Positions 13,225-26,009 of a stretch of DNA of 64,000 nt are shown here, one piece after another. The DNA lies in NCBI RefSeq assembly GCF_006345805.1, contig NC_043009.1, forward strand, positions 64,728,001-64,792,000. The letters are read 5' to 3'. A program made the translations under genes and the position numbers. How positions within the stretch are numbered: position 1 is the first letter of the stretch; the number at the start of each line of letters is the position of its first letter. Source of the stretch: Octopus sinensis. Taxonomy: Eukaryota. Under the pieces are notes generated by a model. That model was not told the origin of the DNA, did not search any database, and saw only the letters and a program-made list of their open reading frames with translations.

Positions 13225-15273
13225 TTATTATATTATCTACTCTATAACAAGTGCTGCTCAAAAACTGTATGTTGGTGTAAGGAGTTCTTAAGTAGAAGAA
13301 ATTGAAAGGAACTGTTGAGGGTGTGCAGGTTGTGTACTAGAAGTTGAGTATCACTGTCATCGCTATTGTGTAATACCGGGTACACCGCAGATAGAATGGT
13401 TGGTTCCTTCAATATAGCATATCAAACAAGTACATTAAAAGCAGTTAAAGGTATTGGTAAAGGGAACATGAGACTAGAAGGGCTCAGAAATGAATAGATA
13501 GATTGATAGGTTAAGGGTCAGCGAAAAGGGGAATAAATTGGATTGGATTATGGAGGTCGTTTAATGTCCTTAAAGTATTTGAACATGTGAGTAGCCTTGT
13601 GGATACAGGAAGGACGAAGGTTTAGTTTATTATTTACTAGATTTTCCCCTATTAGATCTCCTTAAAAGTTGAAATAGCTCCATGCAGCAAAGTCTGCATC
13701 CGTATCTGCTGTTTAAGTACAGTTTGGCAACCCTAAAGATGTCCCAACTTAAATCAAATTTAATAGAATGGAGCAGCATAAAGTAAAGTGTTTTGCTCAA
13801 GAACACAATGAACGAAATTCCAGTCCAGGAATCGAAACCACAATTTTACGATCATGAGTACAACACCCTAACTACTAGGCTACTATGTATGTATGGATGA
13901 GGACAGCTGCGTAAAGAAGTGTTGATCTCTAACTGTGGAAAGGAACTGCGAAAGAGGTAGACCTAGGAAGATATGAGATGAGGTGGTGATGCATTATCTC
14001 CAAATGTGGGGCCTCATGGAGGTGATGACAAGTGATCTTGACTTTTGGCGATTTGTAGTGCTTGAGAAGACTCGTCTGGTCAAGTGAAATCGTAGCAGTG
14101 TCTGGTGCTGGTGACACAGTAGAGCATCCACACACCAGTGACATGTGGAAGGCACCCACTACAGTCTTGGAGTGGTTGGCACTAGGAAGGGCATCCAGCT
14201 GTGGAAACCAATCCAAATTTAGACTGGAACCTGGTATAGCTCTCCAGTTTACCAGTTCCAGTCTTGCAGTCTAACCCATGCCGGCATGCAAAGCAAACAG
14301 TAAATGATGATGATGATGATGATGTGTGTGTGTGTGTGTGTGTGCATGCACATGAGCATGTATGTATGTATGTGTGTGTGTGCATGTGCATGTGTATGTA
14401 TGTATGTATTAATTTTATGAGCAAACTTGTAGAATGTTGTGTTCTCCTAACTTGGTCTATTATTTCCATTTGTTATCATTGGTCAGTACAACATGTCACG
14501 GTGACATTGATTTATCAATACCCGACATAAATAACACCATTGTAAAAGGTTATCCACCAGTTTTGTCTATAATCCACTGAATTTTAATCCTTTACACCTT
14601 TTTTTTTTTTTTATATATTTAGTAGGGTATTTAGAACTATCTGCTCCCCCTTTTTTTTGTCTTTGTTTTTGAGGTGGTAGAATGTGTTTTATAGGATTCG
14701 AGAGAAATTTAGCTGTTATTTTCAGCAGGTTGAGTGACTGGCAAAGGGGCTCCTTTGCATATTCAAAAACTGATATTAAAATGTCAGTGGTCATCAGTGT
14801 CCCCTTTTCCATGCTAGCATGGGTCAGATGGAATTTGTTGAGGGAGATTTTCTGTGGCCGAATGCCCTTCCCCTTGTCAATCCTCACAGATGTTCCAATC
14901 ATCATCATCATCATAATCATCATCGTTTAACGTCCGCTTTCCATGCTAGCATGGGTTGGACGGTTCAACTGGGGTCTGGCAAGCCCGATGGCTGCACCAG
15001 GCCAGTCAGATCTGGCGCAAGATAATATTTCCCCATGGAAATGTATGAGATGGGAAATGAACAACACTGCTTGTACGACAGTGTGGTTCATTTACATTCA
15101 TCACATGATCCCTAGACAGAGGTGCACACATATACAAACACCCCCATACACAAATACACACACACATGCACACACAAACACAAACACACACACTACACAC
15201 ACACACACGCCACACACACAAACACGCACATCACTCACACACAAACACACACACCACTCACACACACACATCA

Positions 15274-15305
<32 letters not shown>

Positions 15306-15769
15306 TCACAAACACACACACACCACACACAAATACACACATGCTACACAAACACACACACACCACTCACACACACACATCACAAACACACACACACACA
15401 CACAACACACACACACATCACAAACACACACACACCACACACAAATACACACATGCTACACAAACACACACACCATACAAACACACACACACACATTTTC
15501 AGTCATAAATGGTCACCTGATCCTCTCAGGTAAGAATTTTCACCTGTATGTATTTTGGTTGTATACAGTTCATTGTGGAATGAAACTCTCCCAATAGTTC
15601 GGTTTTAAACAAGTATAACCTGCACACATGTTGGAATGCCAAACTCCCTGCTTCTCAAACAGAACACCAAGAATATTTGAAAACATAATCTAAGGCTTTA
15701 GAACATCTACATTAATGTTTGGTCTTCTTGAAAACATGTCTTTCATAATTTTGTTAAATACAAACATGA

Positions 15770-16165
15770 CTTAAGGCGGTGAGCTGGCAGAATCGTTAAC
15801 ATGCTGGGAAAAATGCTTGGTGGTAATTTGTCTGTCTTTACATTCTGAGTTCAAATTCCACCAAGGTCGACTTTGCCTTTCATCCATTCAGGGTCGATTA
15901 AATAAGTACCAGTTATGCACTGGGGTCGATATAATCGACTTAATCCGTTTGTCTGTCCTTGTTTGTCCTCTCTGTGTTTAGCCCCTTGTGGGTAGTAAAG
16001 AAATAGGTAATTCGTCTGTCTTTACATTCTAAGTTCAAATTCTGCTGAGGTCAACTTTGCCTTTCATCCTTTCGGGGTTGATAAATTAAGTACCAGTTCT
16101 GTACTGGGGTTGATCTAATCGACTGGCCCCCACCCCAAAAATGTCAGGTCTTGTGCCTGAAGTAA
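15770..16165 (+). mobile_element. Family A SINE with two internal units
   Basis: Same head and ctttcatcc...ggggtcgataaa core occurring twice. Confidence 0.88.
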
Positions 16166-16780
16166 AAAAAAAAAGAGTAAAATAAAAACTACAAATATGA
16201 CTCAAGAAATGAGGTAAGCAATGATTTGCTTCTATTTTTTGATAATTTTTTAATCTTTAAAAATAGTTTTTTTTGTTTAACTTTCAAAGGAAATGCACCT
16301 GTAATTGATTTTTAAAAATTTAATCTCTTGTATGTCATTAAGTTTCCAGTGTATCATCGTGACACTCTCTCAGTTACGATGACAAGGGTTCCAGTTGATC
16401 TGATCAACAGAACAACCTGCTCAGGAAATTAACGTGCAAGTGGCTGAGCACTCCACAGACACGTTTACCCTTAATGTAGTTCTTGGGGAGATTCAGCTTG
16501 ACACAGAGTGTGACAAGGCTGGCCTCTTTGAAATACAGATACAACAGAAACAGGAAGAAAGAGTGAGAGAAAGTTGTGGAGAAAGAGTACAGCAGGGATC
16601 ATCACCACCCGCTGCCAGAGCCTCATGGAGCTTCAGGTGTTTTCACTCAATAAATACTCACAATGCCTGATCTGGGAATCGAAACCGTGATCCCACAACC
16701 GCAATGTGTCAAGAAGTCAGAAAGACAGAAGACCACTCATCTAACTAAAAAAGTTACTTAACCATTGTCATTATTAAGGG

Positions 16781-17117
16781 AAGGCACATGGCTCAGTGGT
16801 TAGAGCGTCGAGCTTACGATCATGAAGTTGTGAGTTCAATTCCCGGACCGGGCTGCGTGTTGTGTTCTTGAGCAACATACTTTATTTCACATTGCTTCAG
16901 TTCACTTAGCTGTAAAAATGAGTTGCGACATCACTAGTACCAAGCTGTATTGGCCTCTTTGCCTTTCACTTGGATAACATCGGTGGCATGGAGAGGGAGA
17001 GACTGGTATGCATGGGCGACTGCTGGCCTTCCATAAACAGCCTTAAGCGGACTTGTGCCTTGGAGGGTAACTTTCTAGGTGCAATCCCATGGTCATTCAT
17101 GACCGAAGAGGGTCTCT
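16781..17117 (+). mobile_element. tRNA-derived SINE (family D). Further copies at 1964-2275, 34957-35105 and 40031-40367
   Basis: Head gaaggcacatggctcagtggttagagc...gagttcaattccc (A and B boxes), body ending catgaccgaagagggtct. Confidence 0.88.
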
Positions 17118-18828
17118 ATTGTCATTATCATCATCCTTTTAATAGCCCCTTTTTAATACTTGCAAAGGTCAGATGTAGTTTACTGAGGAAGATTTTCTAC
17201 GGCAGGTGCACCTTAACTGTTTCCAAGCAACGTAATATTTGCCAATGACCAGGCATGATTTTGCAGAAAACTGGCAATGAATGATACTGTTTGTATGACA
17301 TTATGTGATGTTAAGACACACACACACACAATAGGTTACTTTCAGCTTCTATCTACCAGATCTACTCACATGGCTTTGGTCAGCTCATGGCTATACAAGG
17401 CGACCCTTACCCAAGATGCCACACAGTAGGATTGATCCTATAACTATGTAGTTGGATAGCAAAATTCTTACCAGACAATCGTGCCTTGTGCCTATACAAC
17501 ACCCACCAAAATATAACAAACTCCTCTGCTTAAAGGAGTTACTCTATAACCACAACAAAACCCCTCAAAGTAAAGCATCATCACCCTCCTCATCATCATC
17601 ATGTGGTCAAGCAAATTGCCCCGATCAATAAATCATGCTGGTCTTTCAATAGCTAAATATTTCATCAGTGCACACTACGGCCTCAGATGATAACAGTAAT
17701 TTGCTACAGTTCTATATTTAAGAGATGAGGAATTATTCACATTATTTACATTTGATGGATATTTGTCCTCATCTTGTTTGTTGTTAACACAACGTCAAAT
17801 GTAAATAATGTAAGTAATTTGCTAACTGGACTGGCTGATTCTGGCCATTTACAGTTTGTTGTTGATTCATCCACTCAGCATTTAATGATATTCGCCATTG
17901 ACTCAATATGCTTGTCTGTTCAATTAGTTCACATCCACCATGCGACATTCCCATGATTTCAGTGGAACCCTAACTCAGTAGGGACTAAGCTTTGTCAAGG
18001 AATCACCTAAGATTTGTTCTGGGGCTGTTTATTCTCATATTAACAGCTGACCTCTATTTACATGCTAATTAAACCATAGCTGGTCAGAACTTTGGAACCT
18101 GGAATTTATATTGGCTAAGAGGTGTTTCCACAAAACCTCAAAACTGAAGGTCCGACTACCAAATGCAGTAAAATCTCATATCCAGGACTAAAATTATGTA
18201 GTTATTCTATAATCACAACAATCTCCCCTAAATAAAGGAATTCTCCTATAAACTAGCAGTTCTCAACCACAGCTCTCATGGTTGCATGTGGCCCTCAAAC
18301 ACCCTTTCGATGGCCCCTGATGAGTTTCTCTCTATAAATATAATAAATTCTTATTTCACTGACTGCTACATCATCATCATCAACATTTAACATCCGTTTT
18401 CCATGCTGGCATGGGTTGGACAGCTTAACAGGAACTAGCAAGGACAGGGGCCACACCATGTCCCAAAGCCTGTTTCGGCTTAGTTTTTATGGTTGGATGC
18501 CCTTCCTAAGGCCAAGCACTCCACAGAGTTTACTGGGTGCTTTATATGTGGCACCATCACCAGTGCTTTTCATCTGGCACCAGCACCCACACCAATGCTT
18601 TTTACATGCAACCTTCATTTTAGAATCTCAATTTTGTTGAGGTGGGCAGATCTTCTCGAGCACAGCAGTGCGCTTCATGTCTCGGTCTTCTGTTATCTCC
18701 TTTATACGGCTCAGCATTTTGAGATCAGCCTCCTGTAGTTCATCACACGTCTTTCTGGGTTTCCCTCATCTGCAACTACCCTCCACTTTGAGTGATCAGC
18801 ACTTATTGGCATCAAAGTTATTTGTCTT

Positions 18829-20362
18829 ATTCTCTACTTCCTACATCATAAATCTATGACCTGGTCAACTATTACCCTACTTCCCATGGCATATATCTAT
18901 GATATAACCAATAATACTCACCAATTCCTTACATCATAAATCTATGACCTGGTCAACTATTACCCTACTTCCCATGGCATATATCTATGATATAACCAAT
19001 AATACTCTCTACTTCCTACATCATAAATCTATGACCTGGTCAATTATTACCCTACTTCCCATGGCATATATCTATGATATAACCAATAATACTCTCTACT
19101 TCCTACATCATAAATCTATGACCTGGTCAACTGTTACCCTACTTCCCATGGCATATATCTATGATATAACCAATAATACTCTCTACTTCCTTACATCATA
19201 AATCTATGACCTGGTCAACTGTTACCCTACTTCCCATGGCATATATCTATGATATAACCAATAATACTCTCTACTTCCTACATCATAAATCTATGACCTG
19301 GTCAACTATTACCCTACTTCCCATGGCATATATCTATGATATAACCAATAATACTCACCAATTCCTTACATCATAAATCTATGACCTGGTCAACTATTAC
19401 CCTACTTCCCATGGCATATATCTATGATATAACCAATAATACTCACCAATTCCTTACATCATAAATCTATGACCTGCTCAACTGTTACCCTACTTCCCAT
19501 GGCATATATCTATGATATAACCAATAATACTCTCTACTTCCTTACATCATAGATCTATGACCTGGTCAACTATTACCCTACTTCCCATGGCATATATCTA
19601 TGATATAACCAATAATACTCACCAATTCCTTACATCATAAATCTATGACCTGGTCAACTGTTACCCTACTTCCCATGGCATATATCTATGATATAACCAA
19701 TAATACTCTCTACTTCCTACATCATAAATCTATGACCTGGTCAACTATTACCCTACTTCCCATGGCATATATCTATGATATAACCAATAATACTCTCTAC
19801 TTCCTACATCATAAATCTATAACCTGCTCAACTGTTACCCTACTTCCCATGGCATATATCTATGATATAACCAATAATACTCTCTACTTCCTTACATCAT
19901 AGATCTATGACCTGGTCAACTATTACCCTACTTCCCATGGCATATATCTATGATATAACCAATAATACTCACCAATTCCTTACATCATAAATCTATGACT
20001 TGGTCAACTGTTACCCTACTTCCCATGGCATATATCTATGATATAACCAATAATACTCTCTACTTCCTTACATCATAGATCTATGACCTGGTCAACTATT
20101 ACCCTACTTCCCATGGCATATATCTATGATATAACCAATAATACTCACCAATTCCTTACATCATAAATCTATGACCTGGTCAACTATTACCCTACTTCCC
20201 ATGGCATATATCTATGATATAACCAATAATACTCACCAATTCCTTACATCATAAATCTATGACCTGCTCAACTGTTACCCTACTTCCCATGGCATATATC
20301 TATGATATAACCAATAATACTCTCTACTTCCTACATCATAAATCTATGACCTGGTCAACTGT
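18829..20362. repeat. 87/88-bp minisatellite, about 17.3 copies
   Basis: Unit catcataaatctatgacctggtcaactattaccctacttcccatggcatatatctatgatataaccaataatactctctacttccta, with variant ends (caccaattcctta, ctctacttcctta). Confidence 0.98.
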
Positions 20363-20449
20363 AAATATAATTTTTTCTTTAACTGACTTGTGTTTTACCT
20401 TTTTTGGTACAGCTGGCTCCCAAAAAATATCTTGGTTTTAGATCTGACC

Positions 20450-20665
20450 CACTGCATCCTTCAAAACTTCCATGCTTCCTGAGATTCGCCAACACTACAC
20501 TTGATTTTCTCCCCTCCATACACATGCAAGCAAGTATCTGACTCATACACTGTTTGCTTTCCAGACATTTGTACATTACTGCATATGCTTTATACGCACT
20601 TTCTGACAAGTTGTGGTGCACCTGAGCACTGTATACAATAATTTCATTATTATTATTATTATTAT
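20450..20665 (+). mobile_element. CR1 LINE 3' fragment, same family as 12478
   Basis: cactgcatccttcaaaacttccatgcttcctgagattcgccaacactacac through aataatttcattattattatt. Confidence 0.9.
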
Positions 20666-21919
20666 ATTAAAAAAGGTTCAGAACCACTACAATAAACACA
20701 ACAAGCTACTCTAAATAAAGCAGTTTCTCTATAAATACAACAAATGCTTGTAAAAACAAAAGAGTTACTCTCTAAAACACAACAAACTCCTCACTCCTCT
20801 TAAAATATCATGATGCAACAAGCTTCACTCTTAAAAATCATTGAGTGACAAAGTCAATTCGATAAAGACTTCATTAAAATTTACTTTTCTTCTTTTGTTT
20901 AATTCTAACAGAAATAAAATTACCCTGGTTAATCCTTCAACTTCACCCCAGCAGCTGCCATCACAAACAAAGTAAATACCAAATTAGTTTATTTGCTTCT
21001 TATCATTGCTGAGTCTTTTGTGCTTTTGTTTTGTTTTTGTATTTTGTATTTTTTTTTTTTTTTTTACACTTCTTACCTTACTTAATACCTATCTGATAAA
21101 AGTAGTTCTTGACTAATCCCAGGACTGCTTTAGTTAGTAGCCTGATTAATTATACTGATTAGAACAGACAAACTAACAAAAAAAAAAAAAAAAAAAATAG
21201 CATTAATTATGCAGCTTTAGTGAAAGGAGGCTATTTACTTGAATTAGGTCACATAACAACAATAACAACAACAACAACAACAGCAGTGGTTACAACCAGC
21301 CAGACATCTTTGTAGCATGGAAGCTACTACTAAACTGACATCTCTGAAATCAACAAAAGGTCAGAGTTCACAGAACTGATAGGGTTCTTTCTAACTCCAG
21401 AATGAAGAGGGCCCCCTCCCCCGTAGATTTTGTATATCTTTGCCCTCATCAAGAACCCTTCAAATTAAACAAATAATGAAAAATCAAGTGATCCCCTTTC
21501 TTTTAGTAAAAGATGGTTGATAATGGGAGGGAAAGAAAATAAAAAAAGCCAGTTGAATGGTGTGTGAGGATCATTTATGTAGATAATACCTTTCAAATAG
21601 GCACAGAATACCATAAGGTCAGGTTGATCAATACTTTGAGATGAGAGGAATTTAACTGATGGAAACAGTGTAGTGTGTGTGTGTGGGGGATTGTGGGGGT
21701 GTTTGTGTATGTGTGTGAGTGTGTGTGTGTGTGTGTGAGTGCGTGAGAGTGTGTGGGCATGTATGTGTGTTTGTGTATGTGTGTGTGTGAGTGAGTGTGT
21801 GTATGCACAGGAGTAAATATATGAGTGTATTTATAAACATATGTGTGTGTGTGTGATCATCATCATTTAACGTCTGTTTTCCATGCTAGCATGGGTTGGA
21901 CCCATGGTAGCATGGGTTG

Positions 21920-21954
<35 letters not shown>

Positions 21955-22499
21955 TATATATATATATAATATAAATGAGTAACAAAGATGTACAGGTGTA
22001 CACTTAACAAGGTACCTCAATTTAAGCATTTAATTCAACCAAATTTTTTATATAGCGATCAAGGTGAAGGAAGAAAGTAAGCTTCAAGCAATCCATAGTA
22101 AATATGGAAAACAACTTTCAGGGGACAACAGTGGTTTATTGAGACAGAAGGTTGTAGATATTTTCATATCAAACTGAAAAAAGTTCTTATTATATTTCAC
22201 AGCATACAACCAGGGTTACCAGGTAAGCAAATATGAATATAACAATTAAGGAGTGGAGTAGATAAGATCTGGGCTAACCTACTTCATAGCAAGCAGAACC
22301 AATATATATGCATATATAATGTTCCTGCCTTTAGGCTTTCACTTCTTACTCGCCAGCTCAATTTGATTCGTTCTCAGTTGAAAGACGCTTGTTGTTATTT
22401 TCTTGTTTGTATTCGTAATTGCGTACCATGTTCTCCATTTTTTGTCTTTGTTGCCATACACATTCGCTAGCTTTCTTACAAAAAAAATCTAATGCTCTA

Positions 22500-22885
22500 A
22501 GCTTAGATTTGGGGAGGGGGGGGACCAGATCGAACTGTCTCAAGTGTAGCTGCCTAAAATAGTAAGGACTTCTGGTATACTTGACTGATGAAAGGAGGCC
22601 ACAAATGATCCATCTTTTTTCCTGTTCATAGTAATCACGTACGCGATTACTATGAACATTTTTACTCCCTTACCTTTACTCCCTCCTCTCACTTAGCGGT
22701 CATTCTAATGGCTCTTTTGTCTTAATACCAGTCAATCACACAGTAATTTCCCTTTGTTTAACGGTCATTTTTATAGCATTGTTTTCGCTGGCCTGATAAC
22801 TGAAGAGATGCCTGCATGGGTTTCCGCCCTGACATCCAAAACTGGGAGTTTTCTCATGGCTACCGAATAACTGTCACATATTATA
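22500..22885 (+). mobile_element. Penelope-type pLTR fragments with a foldback junction
   Basis: Truncated CTGATGA core at ~22584, a 14-bp perfect hairpin at 22623-22658 and the hammerhead-like motif at 22795. Lies next to the GIY-YIG remnant. Confidence 0.5.
22795..22855 (+). ncRNA. Decayed hammerhead-like motif, same family as 40977-41036
   Basis: GATAA-CTGAAGA-GATG...CATC-C-AAAAC-TGGGA-GTT-TTCTC. G12 is lost. The downstream flank (tggctaccgaataactgtcacatatt) aligns with that of the 40977 copy (tgactattgagtaatgtaacatatt). Confidence 0.5.
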
Positions 22886-23299
22886 TATATATATTTTTAT
22901 ATATCATCATCATCATCATGCTGCCATGGGTTGGATCGTTTGACTGAGGAATAGCGAGCCAGAAGGCTGCACCAGGCTCCAATCTGATAAATATATATAT
23001 GTATACACACACACACACACATAAAATATGGGGATTTAGTTCACAGGTGATCTAAACGATTAGTTTAACGGATTACTAGGTCTCCAAGGTTATAGCCAAA
23101 ACAGTAGTTATGGTGACATTGCAGATTTCCAATGCAGCGGATATATAATTGTTAACGAGGACAACAAACATTGACATGTGTTTCAGTCTTCATTTATGTA
23201 TGTATCTGTATCTGTGTGTGTGTGCTCGTCTGTCTGTATACCTATGTACCTATCTATCTATTAATCTATCTGTTTGCTTACATATCCATTTACCTACAC

Positions 23300-24200
23300 A
23301 TACACACACACATCTATATACATCTACCTAACAGCCTACTAACAACTCTACCTGTGTCGATATAAACTGTGGGTATTGGGGTATGACTACCTTATACATA
23401 TATTTCCTATTTAGTACTGGGAATGTTTCATTTACGAGGAAGTACTCCTGTATTTGTCTGAGTGTTGGGTCATTCAGGTGCTTGGATAAAATGCAGATGT
23501 CAAGTTGACCCAGTGTGCCTATCAACACACTGACCCAGTGTGTTGGTAGAGTGTGGAGGATTGTTTTCTTATCATATTGTCTCAGATGTTCATTTAGTCT
23601 CTCCACAATGCTTCTAGATGTCTCACCTATGTATATCATGTTCTTGTCTTTACAAGCACCCAATGCTGTAGACTGCATTTCAAGTTCTACAGCTAATGCC
23701 AGGGGTAATTTTACCTACCATGCAGTTGTCATTGGTGCATGTGGTATTCTCAAGGGGGTATGTCCTACATAGTTGTGATCTGACAGAACTCCCTGGCTTT
23801 CCAACGATCTTAATATTGAGTTTGGCCTCCTTCAGAGCTTACCTAAATCTTCAGCCTCTACAAATATCACTCCTTGATATTTGTCAGTCTTGTACTACAT
23901 GTTCACCCTGTTTGCTTTGTCACAAACTCTTTGTATCCTATTCCAGTCTTTACTTCTATATTTAGCGCAGGTACCATTGGTTTCATTATAGATAATGCTA
24001 TCTAACTTCTTTCTAGCTCCCCTGTGTACCTGAACCCTATCTTTCTGATCATATCCAGAGAAATACATGTGGGTGCATGAATTTCTGTACATGTTTCTTT
24101 GTTTCGTAGGTTTTGCATAGTGGGGACATGTACAGGTCTGCTATCAGTATGTTGATTTTCATGTTGTGTGACAAAGCTGATTTCTTGTGAACAACATGTT
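23300..24200 (-). mobile_element. Penelope-like element remnant, GIY-YIG endonuclease region
   Basis: CKDKNMIYIGETSRSIVERLNEHLRQ...LSKHLNDPTLRQIQEYFLVNETFPVLNRK, preceded across a frameshift by the Cys-rich PLENTTCTNDNCMVGKITPGISC. Stops and frameshifts are present. Confidence 0.85.
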
Positions 24201-24217
24201 TAGAAGATATATATATA

Positions 24218-25043
24218 TTGGGTCATCCTATAAATAATACGGTTCTTTTCAATTGCCTGAACTAAAAGTCAGAGGTGGGTGGGATTAAACTACTTGCATC
24301 AACTTGCTACTAAAGAAGGTAGTAATACTACCCTGTACTTATTCTTAGCACAGGTTTTGACGAGTGCAGTTCAATGTTAACAGTTATTTTTCCAAAGTGA
24401 CAACGGAGTATATTCGGCATATAGGCAAGAACGCAATGGAAAGTGTGCGGAATATTAATACCGTATATGGGGATCGGACAATAAGTGTAAGCCAGTGTTA
24501 ACAGTGGTTCCAGGAATTCTGAACCAAAAACTACAGCCTCATCCTGAAAGATCTGTAGAGCTTAACGAGGACATCCTGCAAACCCTGATGGAACAAAATT
24601 CCATCATAGCTGTTGAGGAACTAGCAGAAAAGTTTAGATTTGGTCATTCAACCAGTCATTCAAATCAGCACTAGAAGAAAAACAACCATCTTTGGTTTCA
24701 AGACAAAAGGTGTTCTTCCATCAGGATAATGCTTGGCCTCATGCAGCAAGGATGACATTCCATAGGCTGGAGCAGTTTGAATAGGAAACAATGCCCCACC
24801 CACCATATTCGCCAGACATTGCCCTATCTGATTATCATTTATTCCAGTCTTCAAAATAATTTGGACAGAAAAAATATGAATTTTGTAGATGAAGTCAGTA
24901 CAATACTGGAGGAGTACTTTTCATCATGGACATGTGAATTTTGGAAGAGGGGCCTTGCAAGTTTACCAGAGCATTGTAGAAAATGAAGGAAATAATAAAT
25001 TAAAAAAGTGTAAAAAAAACGCATTATTTATGGGATAACCCGA
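24218..25043 (+). mobile_element. Internally deleted mariner transposon
   Basis: TIRs ttgggtcatcctataaataat and tcgggttatcccataaataat (reverse complement), with TA flanks. N-terminal ..RNINTVYGDRTISVSQC..WF.. and C-terminal FHQDNAWPHAA...HPPYSPDIALSDYHLF motifs. Confidence 0.92.
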
Positions 25044-25069
25044 TATATGTATTTATGTATGTATGTATG

Positions 25070-25100
<31 letters not shown>

Positions 25101-25519
25101 GTGTACATATATATACATACAATACATGCAAATGCATGTGTATCCCAATAACTCAAACTTGAATGCCAAACAAGCAACATTTGTTGGGAAAAAATTCGTT
25201 GTTATCCCCACAAGACCATTTGAATCCCACAGCAAATAAAGAGTCAGACCAGACCAGTGAACTCCTCTCCTGAGAAGATTGTAAACAATGCCGACCACCA
25301 CCGATGAGACAATAAAACTGAGACGAACGACATGCTGCCATCACACGAACAGTAACCAATTATAGAACAAGCAGAAATAATGAGGGGAGAATACAAACAA
25401 CTGAAAAAACATTTAACAGCAAAATCCATACAAAACTTCATCATCTTCAGCAGAAGGGGTTGTCAATCGTTTTTTACCTATGAACCCCTTTGATTCCTAT
25501 TCGAACCTTTTTGATGACA

Positions 25520-25741
25520 CGTAAAAAGCACCATCCGTCCGTGGCCATTTGCCAGCTCCGTCTGGCACCTGTGCGGGTGGCACGTAAAAAGCACCCACTA
25601 CACTCATGGAGTGGTTGGCATTAGGAAGGGCATCCAGCTGTAGAAACACTGCCAGATCATACTGGGCCTGATGCAGCCTTCTGGCTTCCGAGACCCCAGT
25701 TGAACCATCCAACCCATGCTAGCATGGAAAGCGGATGCTAA

Positions 25742-25773
<32 letters not shown>

Positions 25774-25775
25774 CT
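25520..25775 (+). mobile_element. SINE or LINE-tail repeat (family C) ending in (GAT)n. Further copies at ~470-790, 8670-8830, 10050-10215, 14130-14320, 14895-15015, 18365-18560, 32260-32825 (inverted pair), 33740-34110, 46020-46195, 46670-47070, 52045-52285, 59840-60295 and 63780-63870
   Basis: ggaagggcatccagctgtagaaac...ccaacccatgctagcatggaaagcggacgttaaatgatgatg. The tail resembles RTE 3' ends (inference). Confidence 0.88.
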
Positions 25776-26009
25776 TCAATAATAATGAATTACTTTCCTG
25801 GCAACAACCCAGTCCACGGAGCTTTCATTAAGAACTGAAGTTTTCACTATAGTCACTCACGGAATTACACTATCAAGAGAAATATTTCAGGGTGACAGCT
25901 TCTCTGTAAGGCTTTTTGTTCTAGTTGAGAAACTTCTGTCAGTTCTGTTAAGGAAATACAAAGGTTACATGACAAGCTCTGCAGGTGAAAGAAAGATTAA
26001 ATTTATACC

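Noticed and set aside
16781-16860. tRNA genes (also the heads at 1964, 28287, 29600 and 40031)
   Set aside because: They have A and B boxes but no full cloverleaf and run into SINE bodies.
17625-17675. Hammerhead on the minus strand (CTGATGA-AATA..TATT-GAAA)
   Set aside because: No valid stem III or NUH site follows.
17690-17790. Penelope-type tail fragment (rearranged copy at 46215-46320) as another ribozyme
   Set aside because: It is truncated before any catalytic core.
18829-20362. CRISPR array or repetitive protein (MTWSTITLLPMAY...)
   Set aside because: There are no unique spacers, the 88-bp units break the frame, and the context is a eukaryotic intron.
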